Origin: Bryobacterales bacterium
GTDB taxonomy: Bacteria > Acidobacteriota > Terriglobia > Bryobacterales > UBA6623
Assembly: GCA_963422375.2 (NCBI GenBank)
Contig: OY729428.2
Coordinates: forward strand, 3,424,001 to 3,488,000
Length of the DNA stretch: 64,000 nt
Direction of reading: 5' to 3'
Shown here piece by piece: positions 42,001-53,339 of the stretch (the first letter of the stretch is position 1; every line of letters begins with the position of its first letter). The notes beneath the pieces are model-generated. The model had not been told where the DNA came from, did no database searches, and worked only from the letters and a program-made list of their open reading frames with translations. A program made the translations under genes and the position numbers.

Positions 42001-43251
42001 ATGCAAATCGAGGGCGGTCGGCGCCTGTCCGGCCGCGTCCCGATCAGCGGCGCGAAGAACGCTGCGCTCCCCGCGCTTGCGGCCACCCTGCTGACCGAGG
42101 ATACCGTCACCCTGCGCAGACTGCCGAACGTCGTCGACGTACGCACGATGTCAAGGCTGATCGAGAACATCGGATCCTCCGTCGAGAGGGGCTCCGAGGC
42201 ATGCTCGCTAACGGCCCGCGGCACCCTCGACCCCACCGCTCCCTACGAGTTGGTCAAGACGATGCGCGCGTCCAGCCTGGTGCTCGGCCCCTTGGCGGCG
42301 CGGTGCGGCCGCGCGCGCGTCTCCATGCCGGGAGGCTGCGCGATCGGCACGCGGCCTATCGACATGCATCTTGCCGGCCTGGAAGAGCTGGGCGCGACAA
42401 TCCGCCACGACCACGGCTACATCGAGGCGGTAGCGCCTCCCGGCGGCCTGACCGGAAACCGGATCCATTTCCGCCGCCCGACGGTCACCGGGACGGAAGA
42501 CCTGATGATGGCCGCAGCGCTGGCCCGGGGCGAGAGCGTCCTCGTGAACGCCGCCTGCGAGCCCGAAGTCACGGATTTGGCGGCGCTGCTGTCCAAGATG
42601 GGGGCCCGCATCGAGGGAGCGGGCACCTCCACGATCCGGGTGCAGGGCGTTTCGGAGCTGGGCGGGACGGACCACGCGATCATCCCGGACCGCATCGAGA
42701 CGGGAACCTACCTAGTCGCGGGCGCGATGACCGGCGGCGAACTCGTTCTCGAGGGCGCGCAGCCCGACCACCTGCGGGCCGTGATCTCGAAGATGAGGCA
42801 AGCGGGCTGCGAGATCGAGATCCCAGACGCCACGACCTTGGTGGTGCGGCACCGAAGCCCGCTCGCGGCCGTCGACGTGACCACCCGCGAGCATCCGGGC
42901 TTCCCGACGGACATGCAGGCTCAGTTCATGGCGCTGATGACCCAGTCCGAGGGCACGTCGAACGTTCACGAGACGGTATTCGAGAACCGCTTCATGCACG
43001 CCCTCGAATTGCAGCGCATGGGAGCAGAGATCGCGATTGACGGGAACCGCGCAACGGTGCGGGGCAAGACCCCGCTGAGCGGGACGGACGTGATGGCTTC
43101 GGACTTGAGGGCGAGCGCCTGCCTGGTTCTAGCTGGTCTCGCGGCGGAGGGCCGCACGGTGGTTCACCGCATCTATCACCTCCAGCGAGGCTACGAACGC
43201 CTGGCGGACAAGCTGTCCTCTGTCGGCGCCATGATTCAGATTTCGGCCTAG
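42001..43251 (+). CDS. murA: UDP-N-acetylglucosamine 1-carboxyvinyltransferase
   Basis: ISGAKNAALP, MRAS, PGGCAIGTRPID, PDRIETGT, PGFPTDMQAQ, FENRFMH, DLRAS. Confidence 0.95.
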   Translation: MQIEGGRRLSGRVPISGAKNAALPALAATLLTEDTVTLRRLPNVVDVRTMSRLIENIGSSVERGSEACSLTARGTLDPTAPYELVKTMRASSLVLGPLAARCGRARVSMPGGCAIGTRPIDMHLAGLEELGATIRHDHGYIEAVAPPGGLTGNRIHFRRPTVTGTEDLMMAAALARGESVLVNAACEPEVTDLAALLSKMGARIEGAGTSTIRVQGVSELGGTDHAIIPDRIETGTYLVAGAMTGGELVLEGAQPDHLRAVISKMRQAGCEIEIPDATTLVVRHRSPLAAVDVTTREHPGFPTDMQAQFMALMTQSEGTSNVHETVFENRFMHALELQRMGAEIAIDGNRATVRGKTPLSGTDVMASDLRASACLVLAGLAAEGRTVVHRIYHLQRGYERLADKLSSVGAMIQISA

Positions 43252-43695
43252 CGCCGTATCGAGCGGGTCATTGACGACCGCTCCACTGCATCAGCCGGCG
43301 ACCGCTCCCGAGTCCCGCCGGTCTCGGGTCCGGCCTGCCCGGGCGCGGCGACCACCCGCCGAATCCCGTTGCGGCATCGGGATCCAACCGACCGGCGAAC
43401 GATAGCAGCGTCATCAAGGGAATGCGTCTGGCGGTAGAGCGCCGGTTAGCCGTCGACCACTGGCCGGCGCGGAAGTCGGCAGCGCCCAGCAACCTCAAGC
43501 GGTCGGGGAACCGAGGCGGGGCCGAAGGCACGGAAGCCGACCCGCGAGCGGATTCGACAAGGCGGGGAATACCGCCAAGCCCGCGCGATTCTTCCGCCAC
43601 GCCGGCTTCCGTAATGCTGGCTACATCACGACCCGGCTCCGCCTTTTCGTTCCGTACGGCCTTCACAGCAATACCCCGGCCCGCTGGGACGCGGT

Positions 43696-44115
43696 TCACT
43701 TGGCTGGCAACTCTGGCAAATCTCGCAACGCGTCGTCGGGTTTGGGGGGAGGCGGCTCCGGTTGTCCGTCCCGAATCGCCTGCAGCCGCCTCGCGTTCCA
43801 GTCCGCCCAGCTCTTGTTCGTCTTCGCGATGCCCCTGGCCTCGCCCTCGGCGCGACCCCTCTCAAGCCGCCGGGCATACCATCGCCTCTTGTACGCCTCT
43901 GACAACACGTGCCTCACCTCCACTAGGACTATGCTCCAAGCGGCGAAGCCTCCGACATCGCCGCGACATCTCGGCAAATCGCGTTGAGCAGCCCGATCGG
44001 ATCTGAACCGTCCCGTTGCGACACATGGCGATAGACCGTCGCGATGGTTTCGGAAACAAGCAAGAAGTAGAAGATCTTGGAGTAAGAGTCCCTCTATTCG
44101 GACGGAACGCTCCAA
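43696..44115 (-). pseudogene. Hypothetical protein with GRAEGEARG motif, probably frameshifted at the 5' end
   Basis: Coding-like C-terminus WSIVLVEVRHVLSEAY...ERGRAEGEARG...WADWNARRLQAIRDGQPEPPPP; N-terminal part not protein-like. Confidence 0.4.
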
Positions 44116-44583
44116 GTTGACTGGCGCTCTTCCTTGCCGTCGCGATCTTCACGATCCGAGCCGTCGACATCCATCAACTTGCTCCACTATTGCAATGGTC
44201 ATCTCTCCAGTGCCAAGCGATTCGGTGCAGGCGATGCACGCTCGCCTGAAATTGTCCCCGCGGATCCCGCGCACGCCAGCCGTCCGTATAGACTCGACCC
44301 AATCGGCCAGCTCGACCTTATTCGGACTCTCGGTATCCGCCTTCGGCGTTCGCACGGCATCCGCCGCCTAGGCGACCAGGCGATGGGCCGCGACGCGACA
44401 TCGGCCGACCGCGTATGACTGCTCTTCGGCGGGCCACAGCAGCAGGGGCCGGCGAGGCCCGTGGCGTCGACTGGCCCTGGGGGTACGTTGGGGCGCTACC
44501 GAATAACGCCCTACCTACCGAGCGGAGCGACGCGCGCAATCGAGGTCGCTGCGGTCGAGGCTCGCTCCCCTCGGCGAGGCGAC

Positions 44584-45876
44584 TCAGCGCTCCAGCGAAA
44601 AGCGCACAATCTCCTCATCGTTCCGGATGATCACGTGCCGGTTCGCGTAGGCGGGGTGGGTCCAGTGGACAGCGCCGAACTCGCGCCTCCGGCGCAGCGG
44701 ATTCGTCGGTCGCATGAGCGTGGCGCGATCCAGCTCCTCGTAGCCCGCAGGCGTGAACCTCGCGATCACCAGCTCGCCACGATCATTGTTAATGAAGTAC
44801 CGGTCCTCATGGCGCACGATCTGGCCCGAAGCCCAGCGTGCGTTCTCCTTGGTCAGGTCCAAGGTTTCCCAGACCCGGGCGCCGGTCCGAGCGTCGAGGC
44901 AGCGGAGGTGTCCGTAGCTGCCGATCCCGTAAACGTGGTTTCCGTCCACAACGGGAGTAGTGACTAGGGAATGCAGCCCATCCGTATCGATCTCGCTGTC
45001 GCTGCCGCCCTTCCAGACCAGCTCCGCCGCCGGACGGTCGGACAGGAGGCGGTACATGCGCGATCCGTTGTAGAACGACGAGACCAGCAGACCGTGGCTG
45101 CTCAGGACCGGCGTCGCCACGGTCAGGCCCGCTTGGATCTTGAAAGGCTCGTGCCAGTAGATCTCGCCCGTCTCCGGGTTCAGCGACGACACCGCGGACG
45201 GATGCCACACGATGAGCTGCCGAGCTCCGCCCGCCTCGACGATGATGGGCGGGTCGTATCCGGGCTCCGACGTGGCCTCGATCGCGCGCCAGATCTCCCG
45301 CCCCGTCAGCTTGTCGAATGCGACGACCTTGGCGTCCGGAGACCCGCCAACCAAAGCGACCAGGCGCTCCCCGTCCACGAGCGGGGCTCCGACGAAACCC
45401 CAGGTGGGCAGCTCGGCAGCGAAGTCGGCCCGGTAGTTCCGGTGCCATATCTCCTCCCCGCTGTCCGCTCGGATGCAGAATAGATCGCCCATAGACCCGA
45501 GCACGTAGACGCGCTCCCTGTCCGCGGTCGGAGTCGCGCGCGGCCCGAGCGGATACTGCAGGCCGGCGTAGTCGACCGGCCATTCCTTCTCCCAGAGAAG
45601 CTCGCCGGTCGCCTCGTCTAGGCACAGAGCTCGCTCGATGCCCTTGCGGTTGTCGGTGGAACGGTAGTCCGTGACGAAAACGCGCCCGTCCGCGACGGCC
45701 GGGCCCGCGTAGCCGTTGGCGATCGGCTTGGACCAAGCGCGCTTCGGCCCGCCGGGCGGGAAGCGGTCCAAAATACCGGTCTCGCTCCAGACGCCGAGGC
45801 GGTCCTTCCCGCGCCACTGGGGCCAGTCCTCGGCGACCAGCAAGGGCGAGGCAAGCAGGAACAGCAACAGCAGCAT
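44584..45876 (-). CDS. PQQ-binding-like beta-propeller protein
   Basis: Signal peptide, DWPQWRG, TG..W blades, WTHPAYAN. Confidence 0.85.
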   Translation of the reverse strand: MLLLLFLLASPLLVAEDWPQWRGKDRLGVWSETGILDRFPPGGPKRAWSKPIANGYAGPAVADGRVFVTDYRSTDNRKGIERALCLDEATGELLWEKEWPVDYAGLQYPLGPRATPTADRERVYVLGSMGDLFCIRADSGEEIWHRNYRADFAAELPTWGFVGAPLVDGERLVALVGGSPDAKVVAFDKLTGREIWRAIEATSEPGYDPPIIVEAGGARQLIVWHPSAVSSLNPETGEIYWHEPFKIQAGLTVATPVLSSHGLLVSSFYNGSRMYRLLSDRPAAELVWKGGSDSEIDTDGLHSLVTTPVVDGNHVYGIGSYGHLRCLDARTGARVWETLDLTKENARWASGQIVRHEDRYFINNDRGELVIARFTPAGYEELDRATLMRPTNPLRRRREFGAVHWTHPAYANRHVIIRNDEEIVRFSLER

Positions 45877-46279
45877 GTCTCGCCATTGTACGGGGCGCGC
45901 CAAGGTTATTTCCGACTTCGACGAATGCTGGCAGCCCGCCCGAAACCACTGGCGGAGCGCCTGCCCGGGCGTCCGCTCGCCCTCTCGATGGCGATCCTCT
46001 GGACGCCGACCTGAGTAGGGCAGTCTGAAGAGTCTCTCCTCGGTCAGCCAAAGAGCATGAACCTGACTACGGCGGCTCCTCGGAGCCCCTGGGAGAATCC
46101 ACCGGACCTGGTCTCTTGCGAAGCCGCCGATCCGGCCGTCCGGAGCCTGGCGGTCCGGACGTTGACCCTCGATGCGAACTCGGAGCGCCCAGCCCGGTCC
46201 CGGCTGCGGTCCCGCGCGCTCGCTAGCATGACTGCAGACGCGGGGCCGCGGTTGCGCTCGCCCTCGGACCGAAGCGGTC

Positions 46280-47170
46280 ATGGAATCCAGTCGACATCGA
46301 ATCGGCGCGCACACCTCCGCCGCGGGCGGCGTGCATCGCGCGGCAGAGGAAGCCGTCAGGATCGGCTGCAACGCCTTGCAGGTGTTCACGCGCAGCCCGC
46401 GGATGTGGCGCGGCTCGGCCCCCTCGCCGCGCAGTGTCGAGCGCCTTGCGGAACTGCGGCGCGAGCACGACATTCGCCCGGTCGCCGTGCATGGGTGCTA
46501 CCTCACCAACCTCGCCGCCGCGGACGGAACCGTTCAGAGCAAGTCCCGTCTGTCGTTTCGACTCGAGATCGACAACGCCAGGGCGATCGGGGCGGACTAC
46601 CTCGTGATTCACCCGGGCAGCGCGCGAGGCCAGTCCAAGGAGCGCGCGATCGCAGTCTTCGCGACCGCCGTGGCCGAGGTCCAGGACGGGTTCGATTGGG
46701 GATCGCTGCGGCTGCTGCTCGAGAACACCGCCGGGGGCGGAGCGACGCTCGGAAGGTCCTTCGAGGAGCTGGCCGCGCTACGCGCGGCCGTGGAGGCGCG
46801 CTGCGACGCGCCGCTCGGCTTCTGCATCGACACGGCGCACTGTTTCGCAGCCGGCTACGATGTCTCGACCGCGGCGGGCCTGGAGGACACGGCGGCCCGC
46901 ATCCGGCAGCGCCTCGGCATGGAGAGCCTGCACCTGATCCACGCCAACGATTCGAAGACGCCGCTGGGCTCCAACAGCGACCGGCACGAATCCATCGCGG
47001 ACGGGCACATCGGCGCGAAGGCCTTCGCCCGGATCCTGGGGCACGCCGAGCTGGCGGACAAGCCCTTCATCCTCGAGACGCCCTTCATCGACGAGAGCCA
47101 TCGCGAGAACGTGCGCAGGCTCCGCGCCCTGGCCGAGGGCCGGATCGCGGACCTGCGGGCCGGCAGCTAG
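46280..47170 (+). CDS. nfo: Endonuclease IV
   Basis: IGAHTS.AGG, HPGS, LLENTAG, CIDTAH, HANDSK, DRHE, ILETP. Confidence 0.93.
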   Translation: MESSRHRIGAHTSAAGGVHRAAEEAVRIGCNALQVFTRSPRMWRGSAPSPRSVERLAELRREHDIRPVAVHGCYLTNLAAADGTVQSKSRLSFRLEIDNARAIGADYLVIHPGSARGQSKERAIAVFATAVAEVQDGFDWGSLRLLLENTAGGGATLGRSFEELAALRAAVEARCDAPLGFCIDTAHCFAAGYDVSTAAGLEDTAARIRQRLGMESLHLIHANDSKTPLGSNSDRHESIADGHIGAKAFARILGHAELADKPFILETPFIDESHRENVRRLRALAEGRIADLRAGS

Positions 47171-47289
47171 TCGTCGCTTCTGCCTCCGGCTAGCGGGCAC
47201 GGGCTCCCGCCCGAGCCGACTCCCATCAGTTTAGTCCACCGCGTCCCGCATCGGCCCCGACGGCCCTCCGACCGCGCAGCACGACTCGC

Positions 47290-48102
47290 TCAGGCGACGG
47301 GCAGCGCGGACGCCGCGAGTTTCCTGTAGGCCTGCCGCACCGCGGGGAGGCGGGCCCCTCGCGCGTCGCCGAACGGCACGAGAGCGTCCGGCTCCGGCGG
47401 CTGCCTCACGCCCCCGGCTAGGATCCAATCGCGCGTCCGCGGGACGGGAGCCGCGGGGCTCACGGGCGAGTAAAGCCATCCGGCCGGCCGGCCGGCCGCG
47501 GCGAACTTCGCCGCGATCGGCTGGATCTCGCCGTCCGGCAGGGACCCGAACGCCCGGAACCACGCCTCCGGGGCGGCATCGGCGATCAGCTGAACCAGCG
47601 GCATGCAGTCGACTCGCCCCAGCCAGTCCGCGTTCACGAGCAAGTCGGCCACCACGAAATCGTACGAGGTTCCCGCGCGCGCCAAGTAGTCCTCGGCATC
47701 GGCCACGTGCAGGCGCAGCCGGCCGGCCCGCTCGTAGTGGCGCACCAGCGGGTGAAACTCCCGCGCCATGCCCGCCATGGCCGGATCCGCGTCCACCGCG
47801 TCCATCTCCAAGCCCGCGAACTGGTGCAGCAAGCCGACCGTCCCGCAGCCCCCGCCGAATCCGAGCATCAGGCCGCGCCCGCCGGGGTGTCTCTGCCCCG
47901 CCAGCAGCCAAGCGAGCTGGTACCGCGTCTCCATCACGGGTCCGGGTCCGGCGGGCAGCGCCGGGTCCGCCCAGGCCGCGCCCGGTTGCAGCAGCGAGGC
48001 GCCCTGCAGCACGCCGCCGATCGTGAAGCGGCGCGCGTCGGCCGTGTCCACGACGCCCACGCGCCCGAACAGGCCCTCGCGTTCGAGCCTGACCGCGGGC
48101 AC
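47290..48102 (-). CDS. SAM-dependent methyltransferase / spermidine-synthase-like protein
   Basis: LMLGFGGG, VDADP, LHVADA, YDFVVAD. Confidence 0.6.
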   Translation of the reverse strand: MPAVRLEREGLFGRVGVVDTADARRFTIGGVLQGASLLQPGAAWADPALPAGPGPVMETRYQLAWLLAGQRHPGGRGLMLGFGGGCGTVGLLHQFAGLEMDAVDADPAMAGMAREFHPLVRHYERAGRLRLHVADAEDYLARAGTSYDFVVADLLVNADWLGRVDCMPLVQLIADAAPEAWFRAFGSLPDGEIQPIAAKFAAAGRPAGWLYSPVSPAAPVPRTRDWILAGGVRQPPEPDALVPFGDARGARLPAVRQAYRKLAASALPVA

Positions 48103-48107
48103 CGCGG

Positions 48108-48854
48108 TCAGCTCCGCTTCCCAGCGCGCACGGCCATCTCGAAGTGCTCGCCGAGGTAGACCCGCCGCACCTCGGGGTCGGCTTGCAGTTCCCGCGGCTG
48201 CCCGGCCCGGAAGACGGATCCGTTGTGGATGATCAGCGCCCGGTCGGTCACGGCCAGCGTCTCGCGGACGTTGTGGTCGGTGATCACTATGCCGATTCCC
48301 TCCCGACTCAGTCTACCGAGGACGCCTTGCAGCTCGAGCACCTGCTTCGGGTCGATCCCGGAGAACGGCTCGTCCAGCAGCAGGAAGCTGGGCGACAGCA
48401 CGAGCGAGCGCGCGATCTCGACGCGCCGGCGCTCGCCCCCCGAGAGCTGGTACCCCCGGCTGCCGCGCACCTTGTCCAGCCCGAGCAGGGCGATCAGGTC
48501 GTCCAGCCGCTCGCGGCGCTCCGCGCGGACCAAGGGCAGCGTCTGCAGGATCGCCAGGATGTTCTCGTCCGCGGTGAGCCTGCGGAAGACCGACGCCTCC
48601 TGCGGCAGGTAACTGATGCCCAGGCGGGCCCGCTGATACATCGGCGTGTCGGTGATGTCGCTGTCGTCGACGAACACCCTGCCCGCATCGGGGCGGACCA
48701 GACCCGCGATCATGTTGAACGAAGTCGTCTTCCCCGCCCCGTTCGGCCCCAGCAGGCCGACGATCTCGCCCCGGCGGACCTCCAGCGTGAAGTCGCTGAC
48801 GACCTGGCGGCCCCCGTAGCTCTTGGAGAGCCCCTCGGTGCGCAGCGCTTCCAT
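48108..48854 (-). CDS. lptB: LPS export ABC transporter ATPase
   Basis: [54 protein letters not shown]. Confidence 0.93.
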   Translation of the reverse strand: MEALRTEGLSKSYGGRQVVSDFTLEVRRGEIVGLLGPNGAGKTTSFNMIAGLVRPDAGRVFVDDSDITDTPMYQRARLGISYLPQEASVFRRLTADENILAILQTLPLVRAERRERLDDLIALLGLDKVRGSRGYQLSGGERRRVEIARSLVLSPSFLLLDEPFSGIDPKQVLELQGVLGRLSREGIGIVITDHNVRETLAVTDRALIIHNGSVFRAGQPRELQADPEVRRVYLGEHFEMAVRAGKRS

Positions 48855-48874
48855 CGGGCGGACGCTCCGGGCGG

Positions 48875-51094
48875 CTACCGCGACGCCGGGCTGTAGGTGT
48901 AGGCACGCTGCGCCCCGCCGCCCCGCGCGAGCAGGCTGTCGCCGTCCATGCGGAAAGTCAGGCGAGCGCCGCGCGTCTCGGTGCCGTCCGGCGAGAGCAG
49001 CCGCGCCGGCCTGCCCGCCAGACGGACTTCCGAGTCGGCCGGGAGGAACTCCGCGGTGTCGGCGAACCCGCGGATCCCCGTGCCGTCGGCGAATTCGGCG
49101 ATCCGCACGCTACCGCTGGCCACCGCCGTGCCGGACGGTGACTCGCCCGCTTCGCCCAGAGCCGCGCGCAACTGCTCGCACAGCGCTCGGAAGCCGCTCC
49201 GGCGGAAGTCCACCGACTCCCGGAACCAAGCCTCCCCGGTCCCCTCGTCGTAGGCCATGCGCGCGGCCAGCACGGAGACGGAGCCGCCGGAATCCGCGGA
49301 GTCGGACCACCGCGCCGAGACGGCCCCCTCGGCGCGGAGCGCCGCCGCCGCCCGGTCGAGGACGATCGCATCCGCGTCGATGCGGTTCCGGCCCTGCCAG
49401 AGCCGGGCCTCGCCCCGATACTCCAGCGCGCTGCCGCCAGGCGCCGCAACCAGCGAGTCCGCAGCGGCGAAGACCGCCTGCTGGCTCCCGAATAACCCGG
49501 ACGGCAGGCCCGCGCCGTCGCCGCCCGGCGCGACGGACACGGTCACGCCGCCGCGGGCCTCCAGCCGGCCCGACTCCCGGTCGAGTTCGATGCGACTTGC
49601 GGAAACGACGCTCCCTCCGTCGGACACGCTGGCCGCGCCGACGAGCGTCAGCGCGCCGCCTTCCAGCTCGAAGCGCGCCTCTTCGGACTCGCCTCGCCTC
49701 GCCTCCCCGCCGTCGGGGCGCCGCTCTTCGAAACGGAAGCCTCCCTCCTGGCGGATGCCCGAGATCGCGGCCGTCGCCGGATCGAACGCAGCCGTCAGGC
49801 TCTCGCTCCAGGTCCGCAGGCCGGGCCCGCCCGCCTCGCCGGCCGCCTGGAACATGCGCGCGTCGCCCGCAGCGTCCAAGGCCTCGACCCGGTTCCCGCC
49901 GCCGTAGCGCAAGCTGATCCGATCAGCCTCCAATGTTCGGGAGGCCGCCCGCGGGTCGGGCGACACCTGCTCCAGGCGCCCCCTGCGCAGAGTCTGGACG
50001 CGCTCGACCTCGCTCGACGCGGCGCGCATCTCCAGCAGCAGCTCCTCCGACCGAATCGTGTTGCGCGAGCCGTCCGGCAGCAGGTCCATGCGGGCTCGCG
50101 CGTCGCCGCCCGCCTCGACCCGCTTCAGGAAGCTGCGGCCCGCGACCGGCCCCGGATCGTACAGCAGGTCCACGGACCGGCCTCGCACGCTGACGCCGCT
50201 GCCGGGGCCCGACGCAACGAAGCGCGTCTCGCCGCGACCGCGCAGTTGCAGCAGCTCGCCTGCCTGCCCGAAGTCGGCCCGCATCTCCGGCGTAGCGAAG
50301 CGGGACTCGCCGCCTGCGGAAGCCTCGCCGCCGTTCGCCGCGTCAGCATCCAGGCGGCTGAGCCGTCCGCCGGCCAGCCACAGCGTTCCGCGGGCGCAGT
50401 CCATCCAGCGCGGGCCCTGGCGGACGCTGGCCCCGCCGGTCAAGTCGATCCGCCCGCGCGCTTCGCGATACAGCAGGCCGCCCGCCCGAATCGTCGTCCG
50501 GGATCGCACGTCGCCGTCTCCCGCCGTTTCGATCCAGACGTCCGCAAGCATCCGCAGCGTCCCGGACCCGGCCTGGTACTCGGCCCCCGCGGAGCGCCCG
50601 CGGCCTCCCTCAAACTCGTAGCGCACCAGCCGGTCGGTGCGCGCGCTATTGGCCGCGGGCCGGAACGTGACCCCGGACGTGGACGCCACGACCGGCCGGT
50701 CGGGGTCTCCCTCGGAGATGCCCAGCGTAAACACGGTCTCGCCCTCGCTGTACAGGTCGCCCCCGTCGGCCAAGCGCATCGCGGCGCTCTCGACTCGGTC
50801 GTGCGTGTCCGAGCCGCCACGAAAGATCTTCAGCACCACGCCCCGCAGGTCGGTCTGCACGCCGTCCGCGCCCTGAACGAAATCCTCGGCGCTGACCTCG
50901 ATGCGGGTCGAGTCCCCGGTGGTCTGCGTCCAGCGCCAGCTCTGCGATTGGGCTCCGATGCGTTCCGGCAGGACGGGCAGCGTGTCGGGCAGGAATCCCG
51001 CACCGGCACCTCGCGATTCCATGTAATCGCGCGCGACAAAGGCCATCAGGCCCACTGCTAACAGAACGAGCAGGGATCGCAGTGATTTCTGCAA
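48875..51094 (-). CDS. Large LptC/LptA(OstA)-like beta-jellyroll protein
   Basis: N-terminal TM, then ~700 aa of beta-strand repeats ([16 protein letters not shown]); directly upstream of lptB; start uncertain. Confidence 0.72.
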   Translation of the reverse strand: MQKSLRSLLVLLAVGLMAFVARDYMESRGAGAGFLPDTLPVLPERIGAQSQSWRWTQTTGDSTRIEVSAEDFVQGADGVQTDLRGVVLKIFRGGSDTHDRVESAAMRLADGGDLYSEGETVFTLGISEGDPDRPVVASTSGVTFRPAANSARTDRLVRYEFEGGRGRSAGAEYQAGSGTLRMLADVWIETAGDGDVRSRTTIRAGGLLYREARGRIDLTGGASVRQGPRWMDCARGTLWLAGGRLSRLDADAANGGEASAGGESRFATPEMRADFGQAGELLQLRGRGETRFVASGPGSGVSVRGRSVDLLYDPGPVAGRSFLKRVEAGGDARARMDLLPDGSRNTIRSEELLLEMRAASSEVERVQTLRRGRLEQVSPDPRAASRTLEADRISLRYGGGNRVEALDAAGDARMFQAAGEAGGPGLRTWSESLTAAFDPATAAISGIRQEGGFRFEERRPDGGEARRGESEEARFELEGGALTLVGAASVSDGGSVVSASRIELDRESGRLEARGGVTVSVAPGGDGAGLPSGLFGSQQAVFAAADSLVAAPGGSALEYRGEARLWQGRNRIDADAIVLDRAAAALRAEGAVSARWSDSADSGGSVSVLAARMAYDEGTGEAWFRESVDFRRSGFRALCEQLRAALGEAGESPSGTAVASGSVRIAEFADGTGIRGFADTAEFLPADSEVRLAGRPARLLSPDGTETRGARLTFRMDGDSLLARGGGAQRAYTYSPASR

Positions 51095-51108
51095 ACGATC
51101 TGATGGTA

Positions 51109-53247
51109 TCAGGGGCCGTGCTCGAACTGACCCGCCGCCGTGCGCGGCAGCGCGAACGCCACGTAGCTGCCTCCCGACTCCGCGCCGGTCTTGCCGCCGC
51201 CGGCGGCGATCACGACGAACTGGCGGCCGTCCGCCGCGTAAGTCGAGGGCGTCGCGTTGCCGCCGGCCGGCAGCGTCGTCTCCCAGAGCAGTTCGCCCGT
51301 CAGCTTGTCGAATGCCCGGAACTTCTTGTCGCGGGCGGTCGCGCCGATGAACAGCAGGCCGCTCGCGGTGACCACCGGGCCGCCGTAGTTCTCGGTACCT
51401 GTCACGGGCATACCTTGAGCGGTCAGCTCGGGATACTCGCCCAGGAGCACGGTCCAGTCGATCCGGCCGGTGTCGAGATTGACGGCGTTGAGCGTGCCCC
51501 ATGGCGGCTCGATAGCCGGATACCCGTCGGGATCCAGGAAGCGGTTGTACCCGTCGTGGGTGTACGGCGACTCGGAGGCGCCGGCGGCCGGTATTTCGAC
51601 CTGCGCGGTCGAGTCCCCCTCCAGGACGAATCGCGCGATCACCTTCGCCGCTGCCTCGCTCAGGCCGGGAAACGCCGGCATGCGGCCCGAGCCGCCGCGG
51701 ACGATCCGGACGAACTCGCCGACAGCCAGCGGCAGGTCCAGCAATGAGGGGAAGGCCGGAGGAGTCCCGCTCAAGTCGTCCTGATGGCAGGCCGCGCAGT
51801 GCCGCTGGTAGAGACGCTTTCCGTTTGCCGGTCCGCCAGCGGCCCCCCTGGGCAAGAGCCGGTGGATCCACGCCATCTCGTTGACGTTCACGTACAGCAG
51901 CCCCGTTTCCGGATCGAAGGCCTGGCCGCCCCATTCGGCACCGCCGTCGAAGCCGGGGAACACGATCGATCCCTGCAGGCTCATCGGCGTGAACATGCCC
52001 TCGCTCCGCACCCGCCGGAACCGCTTCAGCACGGCCTCGCGGGCCTCGGGCGTGCGGGTCGTCAGGTCGCTTTCCGTGAGGCGCTGCCGTCCCAGGGGCG
52101 GCGGGGCCGCGGGCACGAGCTGGCTCCGCGCCAGCCGCTCCCCGGGAACGTTCGAAGGAATCATCTCGAGCTCCCTGAGCGGGAACAGGGGCTCCCCGGT
52201 CTCGCGATCGAAGACGTAGACCATGCTCATCTTCGTCGACACCGCCACCGCGTCGACCAGCCGTCCTCCGCGCATCGCGGTCACGAGCACCGGAGGGGCG
52301 GGCACGTCCATGTCCCAGACGTCGTGCCGTACGAGCTGGTGGTGCCACACCAGCTCGCCGGTCCGCGCGCGCAGGCAGAGGAGCGAATTGGCGTACAGGT
52401 TGTCGCCGTGGCGGTTGCCTCCCCAGAAGTCGAACGCGCCCGAGCCCGTGCCCGCGTAGACCAGCCCGCGACGCTCATCGAGCGCCATGCCGGCCCAGGA
52501 GTTCGCTCCCCCGAGAGTCTTCCAAGCGTCTTCCGGCCAGGTCTCGTAGCCCGGCTCGCCCGGGTGGGGGATCGTGTGGAAGGCCCAGCGGAGCTGCCCC
52601 GTCGCGGCGTCGTAGGCGCGGATGTCGCCCGGCGCGCTCGGCAGGCCCTCGCTGACCACGCTCCCGACGACGAGCAGGTCCTCGTAGACTACACCGGGCG
52701 TCCGGAGGCTGACCGAGAGCTCCATCGAGCGGGGCTGGAGATGCTCCCGCAGGTCGATCGCGCCGCCCTCGCCGAATCCGGGGACGGGCTCGCCCGTGCG
52801 GGCGTCCAAGGCGTACAGCAGATGCCGCGCGCCGGTGTAGATCCGGGAATCTTCGCCGTTCCGCCAGTGCATGAAGCCCCGGTTCTGCGTGCGGCCCTTG
52901 AAGGGCGCGCCGTCCACTTCGAGCCGCCGCGTCCAAGCCTCTTCCCCGGTCGCGGCGTCAAGGGCGAAGACGCGGCCGTCGGGGCTGAGGCCGTACAGGA
53001 GTCCGCCGGCGACCAGAGGGTTGACCTGGATCTGAGAGCCGGGCGACTCGTCCCCCGCTTCGTACCGCCACGCGACTTCCAGCTGGGAGACATTGCCGGG
53101 ATGGATCTGGCTCAGGCGCGAGTACCGCCGCTGCTCCGGCCCGCCGCCGTAAACGTCCCAACCCTCGTACCCGCTCGAGGGCGCCCGACGGGAGTCGACG
53201 CACCCTGCGGAGACCAGGCAGGCCAGTACCGGCGCGAACCAACGCAT
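51109..53247 (-). CDS. PQQ-dependent (glucose/quinate-type) dehydrogenase with inserted cytochrome c domain; lipoprotein
   Basis: LVSAGC lipobox; RYSRLSQI...[21 protein letters not shown] heme motif, [18 protein letters not shown]. Confidence 0.88.
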   Translation of the reverse strand: MRWFAPVLACLVSAGCVDSRRAPSSGYEGWDVYGGGPEQRRYSRLSQIHPGNVSQLEVAWRYEAGDESPGSQIQVNPLVAGGLLYGLSPDGRVFALDAATGEEAWTRRLEVDGAPFKGRTQNRGFMHWRNGEDSRIYTGARHLLYALDARTGEPVPGFGEGGAIDLREHLQPRSMELSVSLRTPGVVYEDLLVVGSVVSEGLPSAPGDIRAYDAATGQLRWAFHTIPHPGEPGYETWPEDAWKTLGGANSWAGMALDERRGLVYAGTGSGAFDFWGGNRHGDNLYANSLLCLRARTGELVWHHQLVRHDVWDMDVPAPPVLVTAMRGGRLVDAVAVSTKMSMVYVFDRETGEPLFPLRELEMIPSNVPGERLARSQLVPAAPPPLGRQRLTESDLTTRTPEAREAVLKRFRRVRSEGMFTPMSLQGSIVFPGFDGGAEWGGQAFDPETGLLYVNVNEMAWIHRLLPRGAAGGPANGKRLYQRHCAACHQDDLSGTPPAFPSLLDLPLAVGEFVRIVRGGSGRMPAFPGLSEAAAKVIARFVLEGDSTAQVEIPAAGASESPYTHDGYNRFLDPDGYPAIEPPWGTLNAVNLDTGRIDWTVLLGEYPELTAQGMPVTGTENYGGPVVTASGLLFIGATARDKKFRAFDKLTGELLWETTLPAGGNATPSTYAADGRQFVVIAAGGGKTGAESGGSYVAFALPRTAAGQFEHGP

Positions 53248-53339
53248 AAAGCGGTCATTCTAGCGCCCGGCGGCGCGCCCAAGGGCTGCGCGCGGCCGTC
53301 GACCGGGCCCCGCAATCGCGGTGCTATGGTGAGTCGTTC

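Noticed and set aside
48875..52348. 1157-aa ORF taken as one protein
   Set aside because: Its first ~415 codons overlap the PQQ dehydrogenase in another frame; the real gene starts near 51094-51130
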